Assembly: GCA_964016885.1 (NCBI GenBank)
Contig: OZ024741.1
Coordinates: 64,542,001-64,606,000 of the forward strand
Reading direction: 5' to 3'
DNA length: 64,000 nucleotides
From: Eledone cirrhosa
Taxonomy: Eukaryota
A program made the translations under genes and the position numbers. Positions 1 to 12,144 of the stretch are shown here, one piece after another. The notes under the pieces were generated by a model, which saw nothing but the letters and a program-made list of their open reading frames with translations, was not told the DNA's origin and ran no database searches. Within the stretch, counting starts at the first letter, position 1. Every line of letters begins with the position of its first letter.

Positions 1-595
1 GGGCTTCCTGGGCAACTACAGAGCTGAAAACTACCAGCAACTGGTGCAGGATCTGATAATAGTTTTTGGCGCCATGGGATGCAGGATGTCGCTTAAACTC
101 CATATGTTGGACGCTCACCTGGAAAAATTCAAGGACAATATGGGCGCCTACTCAGAAGAACAAGACGAACGATTCCTCCAAGATGTGAAAGAGAAGAGCG
201 GAGGTACCAGGGGCACTACAATGAAAAAATGATGGGGGACTATATCTGGGGGCTAGTGCGGGAATGCGACCTGGACTACAACCGCAAATTCAGGAAATTC
301 AGTCATTTCTGACGTGTATAAGTTGCTTTATAAGTGTTATTTATTTTTACTTTTTTGTTTTTGATAAGCTTGTGTAATAAAATAAATATATACTCTGTTG
401 ATTTAATTATATGAACTGATAATTTTTTTTTAAATGTGTTTTTTCTTGAAAAATATGAAAATTTCGAAATATCAAACTCCTGACCACAGACCGAAACTTC
501 TGATTAAATAATAGTGTTTTTTTTTATAATAATGGGATATAACAAACCATGAAATGACACTTAGAACCGGGGAACAAAAAATATGTTACACGGTG
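1..595 (+). mobile_element. 3' part of a Chapaev3-like (CMC/EnSpm group) DNA transposon, degenerate transposase C-terminus at 1-311
   Basis: The ORF at 44-232 and the adjacent frame read MSLKLHMLDAHL...GAYSEEQDERF.QD...RYQGHYNEKMMGDYIWGL, a motif I recognise from Chapaev3-type transposases. The element ends ...GTTACACGGTG at 595 followed by TTA, which fits CAC..GTG termini and a TWA target. Confidence 0.65.
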
Positions 596-1462
596 TTATT
601 GGGGCTATCTTTTCTACGGATTGCATTGTACAGTGTTTTGGCCACTACACCATGCCTCATAGGTAGATAGTACCGAGATGACATCTTTGGACAGCTGCTG
701 ATGACATGGGTGACATCTTCGATGTTAATTCTGCAGAGTCTGCACTTGTTATTACATCTAGGTGTTTTGCCTGCATCCCTATCTCTTTTGTGAATCAGGT
801 ATTTCGGGTTAATTTCCTGTTCTTGGATTGCAAAAGCGTATCCTTCAAAATGGGAGCCAATATAGCGGTTGTTGGTCCAAGATAGACTACTTTCCTTATC
901 TATATTACTCTCACTCTGGAGCTTCCTGGCAACATATCCATGCATGATTTTTTGCTGATAAGCATGCAGTTTTTCATCCATGGATTCACTACGATACTGC
1001 TGAGCGACTACCCTGGGTGTGAGTTTTTCATTATCACACAGGGAATATCTCTCGAGGAGTTCCTTCCCAACTCTCATGATCTTATCTGTTTCGTGCAGAT
1101 AGACTTGCTCGAGAGACGGGTTCCTACGCTTTGAGGTTCGTAGATGTTGTCGGGGGGATATGATACGACATTCAAATGCTGTCTGGACTGATGTTAGGCC
1201 TCTGCCTCCCTGCTTACGTTTCAAGTAAAGGCGGTCTATGTCACTGTTGATGTGGAAGTTTCCGGTGTTGTTTAGTATTTTTCCAGTTCTAACATCAACT
1301 GCTCGGATTTCGTCTATCGTCCAATTGAGTATTCCAAACGTTGGTGTTAGGACAGGCACAGCAAACACATTGTGAGCCACTGTTTTGTTTTGCGCAGTGT
1401 TCCGATGACCAAATCTTTCTTAATCGGGTGTAGTATTCCCTGGTTACGCGTCCCTTATTACA
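596..1462 (-). mobile_element. R4/Dong-clade non-LTR retrotransposon fragment (post-RT region and CCHC zinc knuckle), cut by the Chapaev3-like element
   Basis: ORF 586-1380 contains DIDRLYLKRKQGGRGL, MHG, EGYAFAIQEQ and CRLC...EDVTHVISSC...RH, typical of RLE-bearing R4-clade ORFs. Confidence 0.8.
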
Positions 1463-1464
1463 GA

Positions 1465-1480
1465 TATGTATGTATGTACG

Positions 1481-1514
<34 letters not shown>

Positions 1515-1615
1515 TGTATGTATGTATGTATGTGTGTGTGTGTTATGTGCGAATTGGCCAAACCGTTAGAACGTTAAAATCTCACTGTATATACATATAT
1601 ATATTTATATATATG

Positions 1616-1682
<67 letters not shown>

Positions 1683-1880
1683 GACTAAAACTATTTCCCG
1701 ATGATTTCATATGAATAATGCAGTTCTAGTCATATATATATATATATATAATGGGAAAAGGTATGACCCCGATGACAGAGCTAAAGCCGTTTCGACGGCT
1801 ATTTCTGGACAGAAATAGCCGTCGAAACGCCTTTAGCTCTGCCGTCTGGGTCATACCTTTTCCCATTACCCACTCTATGC

Positions 1881-1924
<44 letters not shown>

Positions 1925-1945
1925 ATTGGCCAAACCGTTAGAACG

Positions 1946-1992
<47 letters not shown>
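1465..1992. repeat. Microsatellite cluster (TATG)n, (TA)n, (GA)n, (TG)n with a duplicated 32-bp spacer
   Basis: Simple repeats are directly visible. TGTGCGAATTGGCCAAACCGTTAGAACGTTAA occurs at ~1546 and ~1918. Confidence 0.95.
1749..1868. repeat. Near-perfect palindrome with 59-bp arms and a 2-nt loop
   Basis: TAATGGGAAAAGGTATGACCC...GGCTATTTCTG-GA-CAGAAATAGCC...GGGTCATACCTTTTCCCATTA, about 4 mismatches. Confidence 0.95.
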
Positions 1993-1995
<3 letters not shown>

Positions 1996-3009
1996 GAAGA
2001 AAGTGTGGTAAGGAACCAGGTGGACCATAATGTTCAGACCTAGCTGTCGAAACGACCGGAGCTCAGCCGTCGGGGTCCTGACTCTTTTCCTATATATATA
2101 CAGAGTGTGTGCGTCGATTTGAATTTTTGTTCCAGATCACTGCGTAATGAGTTCAAATCCTTTTTTTTTTTCAATAAAGAAAGTACCAGTGAAATTCTTG
2201 TGCCTCCGCCCCCACCCAACCCAAGCTGTCACTTCTTGGATATTTCGATGGATCAAAGAATTGGAAGCAGCTAAAACACATGCTTAATCATTGCATATAC
2301 TACAACGTAATCTGTTCTAACACCAAGGAAATGTGGTACTGGAGAGCACTGCCCCCAAACCTTACTGTTCAATGGTGCACCTTCATATTTAGAAAATAAA
2401 TTGTAGTGAATCGCTTATTCCCCACCCATAACGTTCTGAAGTCCCTCGCCCCCGGGCACCAATGCCTGGTGACGGGCCTACAAACCATACCCGATCCAAC
2501 GTGATCGTCGTAATTTGTGTGTGTGTGTGTTTATGGGTGTTAGTGTTTGTGTGTGGGTGTGTATGTCTGTATGTGTCAGTGTCTGTGTGTGTGTGTGTTT
2601 GAGTGTCTGTCTGCATATTCATTTACAACGTACTTCCATACAGTATACGTCAACCAAATTTCACTGACAAGGCTTTAACCAACTCCCGTCTATGTCCTTG
2701 GTGTCGTGTTCTAGATAGATTTGAACGGGGAAGTTAAGATTGCGAAGTTAACTTCTTTACTTTCGTTTTTATCGTGTTTCTATCATATGTTGTCTCACAC
2801 GACACCAGAAGAAGGTAGAGCCATGTAGCCAGGCTCAACTACTTATTGATGCTATGCACGTATCTTATAATTATTCTTTTTAGCAGATTGTCCCAGATTT
2901 TTTATAAAATTCACGTCTTAGACTCTACGTCTGATGTGGGATTATTTCCAATGGTTGTTGTTTGTCTGTTTTTTAACCCTTGATTAATTCTTGTCAAGCA
3001 AACCTATAA

Positions 3010-3440
3010 TGATTTTTACACTAGGCACAACGCCAACAAATTGGAGAAGATGGAAAGTCGATTATATCGGTTCCAGCAGTTGACTGGTATTTGATTTTAT
3101 CAACCCCGATAGGAAGAAAAGTAAAGTTGACTTCGGCTGGATATCAACTCAATGAAGAAAGATGTAACAAAGCATTTTGTCCGACGCTCTACCGATACTG
3201 CTTATCCACCATCCTCAAATATTGATTTCTAACATAGGCACAATGCCAGAAATATAGTAGGGAGGGAAAAGCCTTTTCTATCGTCCTCAGTACTTGACTG
3301 GTACTTTATTCTATCGTCCTCGAAAAGAAGAAAGGTAAAGTTGACCTCGGCGGGATATGAACTCAGAACTTAGAAAGTCCTAGCTAAATACTGCAAATTC
3401 TGTTGTCCGATGTCCTACCGATACCGCCAAACTACCGTCC
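3010..3440 (-). mobile_element. Two older, diverged tandem copies of the dominant tRNA-derived SINE
   Basis: Reverse-complement matches to the SINE body (GGCACAA..CCAG; CTGGTACTTTATT..ATCG; GAAAGGTAAAGTTGACCTCGGCGGG; CTACCGATACTGC). Confidence 0.8.
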
Positions 3441-3828
3441 TAAACAAACCTATAATTATTGCTCAGTTCAGTTTTGATTTGGGCTTCCTTTGGAGCAGAA
3501 GTTTTCTCCAACAATCACAGTTCTGTGTTAGTCGCTCCAACTGTCCCTAGAAATATCCTACGTCCTTTAGGTTCACCTTTTCCTAGGGGCCGGAATATTT
3601 TGTTATAAACATTTTGGAGGGTATTTTTCTTCTTTTTTTTTTGCAGTGGTAGTTTTTTCACGGGAGGGTTGGTAGCCCCTTTCCCCAACCGTCCTCTTTT
3701 CTAATCCGAGTTTAAAACTATTAACAGCGGAGTATTAATCAAATGCAATCTAGTCATAACCCAACCGTGTTTACAAAAATCATCGCAGACTATATTATCT
3801 AGTATATACCTTTCTTTGCTTTTCAGTG

Positions 3829-4110
3829 AAGGTGCATGTCCTAGTGGCTAAAGTATTAGACATAGATCGTAATATCGTAGGTTCTATTCCTGGACCGGGT
3901 GGTGCGTTGTGTTCTTGAGCATAACACTTTATTTTACGTTGATCGTGTAAACTCAGTTGAAAATTAATACCAACAGTAGCAGGGAGTTTACCCTGCGATA
4001 GACAGGCGTTCTGTCCAGGATGAGAGTATTGTACTCTTAGCCGCTTAACACCGAGGAAATCGGGGTAAGCACCGCCCTTATTAACCTTGTTAGGACAGGC
4101 TTAAACTTTT
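3829..4110 (+). mobile_element. Second tRNA-derived SINE family copy
   Basis: The tRNA-like head (GGTGCATGTCCTAGTGGCTAAAG...GGTTCTATTCC) is followed by GTTGTGTTCTTGAGCATAACACTTTATTT. Related pieces are at ~6175-6490 and ~56150-56210. Confidence 0.7.
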
Positions 4111-4509
4111 AACCTTTTTTTTTTTTCGAAGATGACAGAGTCTGGTTTGTAATAGATTTGGCTTCTATTTCTATTGGGACGAGTGACCATAAATTAGTTC
4201 TTTATTCAGAGTGGACAGATTATTCACTTTTTCTGAAAGTTGTTGTTGTTTAACCCAGATCACCCTGGTCGTGCAGGAAAATCCCAACCGCACACTCCAA
4301 TGTATCCTTTACTAAGACGTAGGGTTCGATTTTAGGGAGATTTGGCTGTTATTTCTAGTAAACTGAGAGACTTTGTAGAGGCTCTTTTGTTGTTTCCTTC
4401 TACTTAAGCTGAAGGTAATGTCGTTGTCAAAAGACATCAGTTTTATTATTAATAAATAACTGTCGTCAGGTGCGACCAAAGACATGTTTTCCAATGTCAT
4501 TATTTTATA

Positions 4510-4805
4510 AATCCCGCCGAGGTTGACTTTGCCTTTCATCCTTACGGGGTCGATAAAATAAAGTACCAGTAATGCACTGGGTAATTGCTGGCCTTGTGCC
4601 TAAAGTAGAAACAATTATTTTATTGGCAGTATCGGTAGAGGGTCGGACGCCATGCTTTGGCGCATAGAGTTACGGCCCTTGCCATTCTGAGTTCAAATCC
4701 CGCCGAGGTTAATTTTGCCTTTCATCCTTACGGGGTCGATACAATAAAGTACCAGTAATGCACTGGGTAATTGCTGGCCTTGTGCCAAAAGTAGAAACAA
4801 TTATT
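4510..4805 (+). mobile_element. Head-to-tail pair of young SINE copies (first one 5'-truncated)
   Basis: Two near-identical AAATCCCGCCGAGGTT..CTTTCATCCTTACGGGGTCGAT..AAGTACCAG..GTAGAAACAATTATT units. Confidence 0.9.
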
Positions 4806-5328
4806 TACAATTTGCGTGTAGACAGGTCTCTCTGGAAATAGGGTTATAAGTGCGCTGAGGGTGTTACGTGGCCGTGAGAGGGGACGGTGGGCCAAAATGT
4901 TTGAGAACTTCTGTTCTAAAACAACGATGAGTAACTTTTCTGACCACACTATTTTTTTATGTATATATCATCTGTAGCCTACCTAATGTTGATTTTTTTT
5001 TAAATTCAACGTTCAAGCATAAATATGAGTCAAACTGTATGTCTGGACCTGTAATTTCTAAAGGAATGGATAGGAACACCGTAGTGATATACGGGAGTAT
5101 TTCAAACTTGGCTGAACCCATCCCTCTCCAGGTCAGAACGCTGCTGATTTCTTACGAGAAAGAGAGAGAAAAATAGAGAGGAAGTGGGGAAGAGATATAG
5201 AGGAAGAATCGAAAGGAAGAAAAGCAAAGTTTGATTCAAATTGTAGTTTTTAAAAAGCTAATGCTAGAAACAGTGTTCAGGTTCAATGGTTTTCCTTGTC
5301 CCTAATACCTTTTGCTCAAAGCATTATA

Positions 5329-5650
5329 CAGTGAAACCTCGGTTCACGAATGCCTCGCATCACGAACAATTTTTTCGATGGAAAAACATCTTGGTCGAGG
5401 AATGGTGTTTCGAGTAACGAACAATCAAACTGATAACAACAGTTGGCGACAAGCTGGGAGTATCGGCGTGAAACGTCACTTGCTGCGTAGTTAGTTACTA
5501 GTGATATCTATCTATCTTCCACACACAATCCCTTCCTCACCGTATTTCTTTCTCAACATTTCGTGTAGGGAAAATAGTTTCGGCTTACGAACATTTCGGG
5601 TGACGAACGGCCTTCCGGAACGAATTGATCCGTGAACCAAAATTCCACTG
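5329..5650. mobile_element. Tc1/pogo (Tigger-like) MITE
   Basis: TA|CAGTGAAACCTCGGTTCACG ... CGTGAACCAAAATTCCACTG|TA, i.e. imperfect TIRs and a TA TSD. Confidence 0.85.
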
Positions 5651-5742
5651 TAATTGATTTTGTGGAAATGACTCAATTTCAGTCAAACTGTCACACACAT
5701 TAACACTCAGCCCGTTTCTCTTTTCACTGACTACGTATCGTT

Positions 5743-6155
5743 AATAATTGTTTCTACTTTAGGCACAAGGCCAGCAATTACCCAATGCATTACTGGTACT
5801 TTATTTTATCGACCCCGTAAGGATGAAAGGCAAAGTCAACCTCAGCGGGATTTGAACTCAGATCGTAAAGGGACGTAACTATGCTGGAAAGCATGGCGTC
5901 CGACCCTCTACCGATACTGCCAATCCACCGCTAATTATGGTTTCTTATATAGGCACAAGGCCAGCAATTTTTTTTGGGGGGGAAGTCGATTAAATCGACC
6001 CCAGTGCGTGACTGGTACTTTATTTTATCGACCCCGTAAGGATGCAAGGCAAAGTTAACCTCGGCGGGATTTGAACTCAGATCATAAAGAGCCATAACTC
6101 GATGCTGCAACGCATGGCGTCCGGCCCTCTACTGATACTGCCAATCCACCGCCCT
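5743..6155 (-). mobile_element. SINE dimer (short variant nested in the tail of the long variant)
   Basis: Two reverse-complement SINE units are bracketed by the direct repeat TACGTATCG(T/C)TAATAAT at 5732-5748 and 6156-6172. Confidence 0.9.
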
Positions 6156-6280
6156 TACGTATCGCTAATAATGTGAAGTGGTGCATGGCTTGGTGCTCAG
6201 CTGCCGATCGTAAGGTCACGAGTTCCATTCTCGGCGACACGTTGTGTCTTTCAGCACGACATTATATTTCAAGTTCTTCA

Positions 6281-6452
6281 TGGTGGATTGGCAGTATCGG
6301 TAGATGCTTTGACTTATAGAGTTATGGCCCTTGCTATTCTGAGTTCAAATCGCGCCGAGGTTAACTTTGCCTTTCATCCTTACGGGGTCGATAAAATAAA
6401 GTACCAGTAATGTACTGGGTAATTGCTGGCCTTGTGCCAAAAGTAGAAACAA
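6281..6452 (+). mobile_element. Young SINE inserted in an older SINE of the second family
   Basis: The 19-bp TSD ATTATATTTCAAGTTCTTC occurs at 6261-6279 and 6452-6470. Confidence 0.9.
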
Positions 6453-6990
6453 TTATATTTCAAGTTCTTCTTTCAGTCCACTCAGCTAGAAAAAAATTAA
6501 TTGTGATTCACACACGCTGAATATTCATCAGAATTACGTTATGGGTACACGTGTACGTGAAATGACCGTAAATTTCACAAGTAAGTTGTTTTGCAATTCG
6601 GAATAGACGGACGTCCACACACACACACACACATCGCTGGTAGTAGAAAAACCTACTTCCACAAGACACAATTAGAAAGACGATTGTGGTTGCTCCAACC
6701 AGTTTAAACATTACTGTGTCAACAATTAGCATAAATCCCACATAACTCCATTTGTAATGTTTTCTAACTAGTTGGATATTTTACTTTCGATTCAGCAGTT
6801 GTCTAGAGACTGCATCTGTTTCGTAAACTCATACGTCAGTGTACCACAATCGGTTTTTCGTACATAGTGTATCTTTTTAAATAATCAAGAATGTTGAGAG
6901 ATTTAGTAATATAACTAATTTTCTCATTATATGCTGGTGTTTGAAACATAACTTAATAAAAGTTCTTACATAAAATTATAATGGAACGTT

Positions 6991-7187
6991 TAGACCTGTC
7001 AACCTCTAAAAACCCAAACGGAGAATACCATGAAAAAAAAAGTGCCCTACAACAGGGAGAAATAAGGAAAAATGGGAACATTTTACATAATGAAAGCTAT
7101 ACCCATTTTTACAAGAGAAGACATCTCTCACCCACCCCAAATTGGGTAGGAGATCTTCCCGTCGGACAGGGAGAATTGACATATTTC
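6991..7187 (+). mobile_element. hAT-type MITE (copy 1), nested in a piggyBac-like AT-rich MITE
   Basis: It starts (T)AGACCTGTCAAC and is homologous in reverse orientation to 8594-8771. The host repeat ends ATCAAAAGAGTTAA near 7412. Confidence 0.7.
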
Positions 7188-7819
7188 TTATGGAAGACAC
7201 TGCCAATGTATTTCAAACAATGTTTTTAAATAATCAATAATTTGAAGGAATTTACTCATATTTTCTAGTTATTAAGCTGGTATTTGAATAACTTAAATGT
7301 TCTTCCATAAAATTAAAATTGGAAGTTTTTAGATCAATATAAGCACTTTAAAACAGTTTTTTTTATCATAAATTCAGGAGCGATTTCAGGTGGTTTCATA
7401 TCAAAAGAGTTAAAATTAGCTGCTCTGAGCAGTCTTTGTTACAATTCTCTGTTGGGTTGGTTTTTGCAATGTTCTTGACAGCCAAGTATCTTCTTGGTTA
7501 TTTGATTTATAAGGAGTGTTTTGTTTGTTTTTGTTTTGTTTTTGTTGATTTTTGTTTTGTTTGTTTATTTTATATATATATATTTTGTTTTGTTTTTGTT
7601 TTTTCAAATTGATTTTGCCCCTAAAGCAATTTGTTCAAGAAATCTTTAATCTTTTGACAACTCTTCCCAAGATCCCATATGAATAAAATATAGCAATTAC
7701 TTTAAAGACATGAAAGAGAAGAGAGTGAAATAGTAACACATTATTATAAAGTATATATTCTGTACAGTACATTGCATTATCATATATCAGGTAAATGTGT
7801 ATAATAACAATATAGTAAT

Positions 7820-8255
7820 AATTATTTCTACTTTTGATACAAGGCCAGCGATTTGAAGGGGAGAGGGAAACTCGATTACATCGATCCAGTGTATAACTTT
7901 TTTTATCTACCCCGTAAGGATGAAAGGTAAAGTAAACCTCGGCGGGATTTGAACTCAGATCATAAAGAGCCATAATTCTATGCTGAAAAACATCGCGTCC
8001 GACCCTCTACCGATACTACCAGTTCACCTCCTTTTAATAATAATAATAATGGTTTCTGATTTAGGCACAAGACCAACAATTTGGGGGGAGGGGAAAGTCG
8101 ATTAAATCAACACCAGTGCATTATTGGTACTTTGTTTTAACGACCACGAAAGGTTGAAAGGCAAAGTTGACCTCGGCGGGATTTGAACTCAGAAAGCATA
8201 GAGCCGAAATATATATCACAAAGCATTCTATCCGACCTTCTAACGACTCTGCCAA
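7820..8255 (-). mobile_element. Two tandem SINE copies (long variant)
   Basis: Reverse-complement SINE bodies separated by an (AAT)n tail. Confidence 0.85.
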
Positions 8256-8355
8256 TTTAATAATAACTGTTTCTACAACAACAATAATAATATTTATCAA
8301 ATGGTCAACTATTAATTTAGCGTTCGTTGTTTTGTTATTTTTCTCCATTCAATGA

Positions 8356-8810
8356 TTAGTTGAACTGTAACAAGTTGATTGAATACTCCCATAACGTAAT
8401 TATTATATCGAAGCCTTGGTTAGTCACCATACTTCCGTGTACAGCAACAGTCTTCAATTCATCATCATCACAAAATATCTCTAAAATTTTATCGTGAAAA
8501 ATATTAGCTTTGATAAGATTAACTGCTGAAACTGTAACGTAGAGGACTCTATCCATGTTCGTACCCGAGTTATTTGTCGCCAAGTACTGTCTACAAACCT
8601 GTCAACTCTCCCTGTCCGACGAGAAGATTCTCCCCGTCTCCCCGTTTTTTGTGAAAATGGGTATAGCTTTCATTATGTAAAATCTCCCCATTTTGCTTCA
8701 TTTCTCCCAATTTGAGGGCACATTTTTTTCACTATACTCACCGTTTGGGTTTTTAGAGGTTGGCAGGTCTGTGTTGATGAGTAATGCAGTCTCTTCGCTC
8801 CACTTTTGTC
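8356..8810 (-). pseudogene. Degenerate hAT (Charlie/ZBED5-like) transposase fragment interrupted by a MITE
   Basis: The minus strand reads ..CITH|RQYLA...VSAVNLIKANIFHDKI..IFCDDDELKT, matching the HCxxHRxxLA...VNxIK region also seen in the 15546-17227 transposase. Confidence 0.6.
8594..8771 (-). mobile_element. hAT-type MITE (copy 2)
   Basis: TIRs are CAAACCTGTCAAC ... GTTGGCAGGTCTG. It is the inverted homologue of 6991-7187. Confidence 0.75.
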
Positions 8811-8836
8811 TTGAGCCTCCATTGTGAGTCAGGACT

Positions 8837-9018
8837 TGGGTTGTCACGAAGTCTTTAGTGGAGGCACAGCTGGGTTGTCACGAAGTCTTTAGTGGAGGCA
8901 CAGCTGGGTTGTCACAAAGTCTTTGGTGGGGGCACAGCTGGGTTATCACGAAGTATTTAGTGGAGGCACAGCTGGGTTGTCACGAAGTATTTAGTGGGGG
9001 CACAGCTGGGTTGTCACG
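8837..9018. repeat. 34-bp minisatellite, about 5.4 copies
   Basis: The unit TGGGTTGTCACGAAGTCTTTAGTGGAGGCACAGC starts at 8837, 8871, 8905, 8939, 8973 and 9007 (partial). Confidence 0.95.
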
Positions 9019-9229
9019 GAATTGCCTCCAGATTAGGGTTAATTTTTCTTCTTATATATATATATATATAACAGTAAAGAGAGAAACACACATATATATG
9101 TGTGTTCAAATTAAACACAGTAAACAAAATATGTTTCATTCACAGTTGTATAAAAAAAAAATAATAGTAAAGGGAAAAGAGAGAAAAAAATCACATAAGC
9201 AGGTAATACACACATCTAGGACCACATAA

Positions 9230-9856
9230 CAAAGGTCAGGCGAAAGCGTGGACAACCGAGCCGCTACCAGACAAAATATAGCAATATCATGAGGTGCACT
9301 GGGAAATCTCTCTAATAATTTTTAGGCAAACCAGCACGCTCGCAACCATACCTCGGGTGATGGCGAGCCTGGGGTGCTGGAACAACCAAGCGTCCTCACG
9401 AGCATCACCAGTTACCTCTGTCAAGCGAGCCTCCAGTGAAGATAAGAATCTGGCAGTCAGTAGCCCGACTCCACCAAACGTCTCGAACGCTACAGGCTGG
9501 AAAATATGGTTATTTTAGGATTTTGTTCCGTTCGGCTGCGGATGCTGTAGCTCTCGTCCTAACCGCAGCATCCAGGATGTGGGAAGAAGCAAAAGAGCCA
9601 GTAACTGTGACGTCCTAGATAAGGCACCCGCCTCATGACCAGGGGCACAGGGAAAAACCGTCAGGTCGTTTCCAATCAATTTTGGACAACCCAGACGGTT
9701 CCAAAACTGAGTGAGTGTTTGCCCGAGCCAAAGCTCTCTTAAAGATGAGGTTTAGCTCCATGTGATGCGCGAAGCGACCAACATTCAAGCGGCAAGAAAG
9801 ACCGTGGAGGCCTGTGGAGTCAAGGAGTTTGCCACACCGACATCAAATTGAACCCA
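9230..9856 (-). mobile_element. CRE-like non-LTR retrotransposon 3' fragment (zinc knuckle plus restriction-like endonuclease), degenerate
   Basis: My minus-strand translation gives CRCGKLLDSTGLHGLSC..GRFAHH.ELN...EPSGL...KRPDG..LCPW...DVTV...AE..K, with internal stops. Confidence 0.7.
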
Positions 9857-9949
9857 TATATATGTGTGTGTATGGGTGTTATTGTCTGTGTGTGTGTGTG
9901 TGTGTGCGCGCGCGCGCGCGTGTGTGCTACTCATTATTACTGTTATAAA

Positions 9950-10135
9950 CGGTGAATTGGCAGTATCGGTAGAGGATTGGACGCCATGCTCTCTAGGATA
10001 GTTACGTTCCTTTATGGTCTGAGTTCAAATCCCGTCGAGGTTAACTTTGCCTTTCATCCTTATGGGGTCGATAAAATAAAGTACCAGTAATGTTCTGGGT
10101 AATTGTTGGCCTTGTGCTAAAAGTAGAAACAATTA
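9950..10135 (+). mobile_element. Young SINE with 17-bp TSD
   Basis: ATTATTACTGTTATAAA occurs at 9933-9949 and 10132-10148. Confidence 0.9.
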
Positions 10136-10217
10136 TTACTGTTATAAATAGCTCGGTATTTATTCCTTGCGCTTATTTGATTATAAGTGAATAGTGAGTT
10201 TTTAACTCAACATTTTA

Positions 10218-10336
<119 letters not shown>

Positions 10337-10539
10337 GGGGGGGATCCCGGGTTCAATACCTTGATATTATGAGAGGTTGGTGATATCGGATGTTAATTCA
10401 CTGCAAGGGACTTGTTTCCCTTTTGAAAACTGGGACAGAAAGTTTTCAGGAATGTATCCAGCATCCAGTGAGTTCAACCACAGATTAGCAAGAGGAGATG
10501 CAAGTTGGTGTCAACACACCTTCAGGACACAAGCAGGGA

Positions 10540-11655
10540 ACCTATTTGGGGCCTACTGCTGAATTATGTTTAATTTTGCTTATTGCTGCTAAGACATCAG
10601 GGAAGCCAAACGTTACATACGATATAGTGCGTTGGGGATTAACATCATTGATACAACCCAGATCGGCCATATCAGGATTACTGAAAACAGAGCAGTATTG
10701 TTTCTGCAGTATCTCACCCATGGTTTTGGCATTATCTTGGAGAGTGCCATTTTCATCAATTAGAGGGCCAAAAGTGGAGCCAGAGCCTGTGTGTTTTCGC
10801 AAATGAAAAAAACACTTTGGGATTGAATTTGATTTTCTCAATGGCCCAGGCCTCTTTAGCTGCTCTTTGATTGATGATGATGGACATCATGCTGTGTTGG
10901 AGATTGTGTGTTTTCGATTCTAGTGATGTAATGGCAGTCAAATGGGTGTGTTGTTGCTGGCAGTATTTCAGTTTGTTGATTTTTTTTGTTAATTCTTTTA
11001 ATTTTTCTAGATATTCTTCTATTTCTAGGGATTCTGTACTTAGATTTGTTTACAGATCTTAATGGGGTATGTTTTGCACATATATTTGTTACAGTGTCTA
11101 CAAATCTCTGGCAGGAATTTTTTATGTTAGTGGGTGTGTGAGTGTGCGTGAAAGACCAATCGACATGTGCAAGATCATGATTGATTGCTTCCCAGTTGGC
11201 ATTATGAAGATCCATGGTGTCAAATGGATGAACTGAAGAGATGTCATTGGGTTTTGTTTTTGGACGGTGGAATCTCAGATCACAAAGAACCATGTCATAG
11301 TGTAAGAGTAGAGTTTTTTCCCACAACAATATTGTGGATAGTGTCAGTGTGGTTACTGAACATTAGGTCCAAGATGTGGCACCTTGTTGGTTCGAGCACA
11401 AGTTGGGACAGGAAAAACTCATCCATGCAGTCAAGAAGCGATTCTACTGCCTCCTTGTCATGGGTTGAGGTGGAAAAACCTGATATCAAAGTGTTTGTGG
11501 ACCAGTCAACACTGGGGAGGTTGAAGTTCCCCATCATTAAGATGTTGCCAAGGTGATACTGTTGGATGAAACACTTTATGCTGTTGAGGCATTCCTTGAA
11601 GCATAGTAGAGGCGTTTGAGGTGGCCTATAGAGCCCAACTACTAATAAGTTGTTG
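10540..11655 (-). mobile_element. Degenerate CR1-group LINE ORF2 fragment (APE endonuclease C-terminus and linker)
   Basis: Frameshifted ORFs carry GNFNLPSVDW, LSQLVLEPTR..ILDLMFSN, NPKVFFSFAK and ILQKQYCSVFS. Confidence 0.8.
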
Positions 11656-11665
11656 GTTATATATA

Positions 11666-11736
<71 letters not shown>

Positions 11737-12144
11737 CCAACAAATTGACTTTTATCAATGAAATATAGAGTGAAAAAATTATGTCCACTACTTAGAAGCT
11801 CTGCCGGCTAAAAGAGCAAATCAATGGCATGTGGCAACAGGAAGTAAGTAGCAATAGTAGAAGACAAATGAGAGATAGTGAAGAAGAGGAGATGGCAGCA
11901 CAGAGAGAAAGAAAAAACGAAGGGGAAATAGAGAAAGTGTGGTATTGGCGTGTATATATATGAATATTGTATCTGCAGAAAATGCACACAGTTATATAAC
12001 ACAGGCAAATACACCGTTACTTCGACAGCTACATGTACAGTTAGTTGTCCATTCTAGTTGCAAATTTTCACATATGTATCCCCTTTAGTTGAAAAAACAC
12101 CCATAAATTTTTCTGTCTATTCTTTATTTTGTTATCATCTCACG

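Noticed and set aside
1295-2622. ORFs rich in YI/CV/TH/RE dipeptides (also at 19431-20044, 26270-27589 and 32956-33201)
   Set aside because: They are translations of microsatellites.
8837-9018. 34-bp repeats resembling a CRISPR array
   Set aside because: The units are contiguous with no unique spacers, there are no cas genes and the context is eukaryotic. It is a minisatellite.
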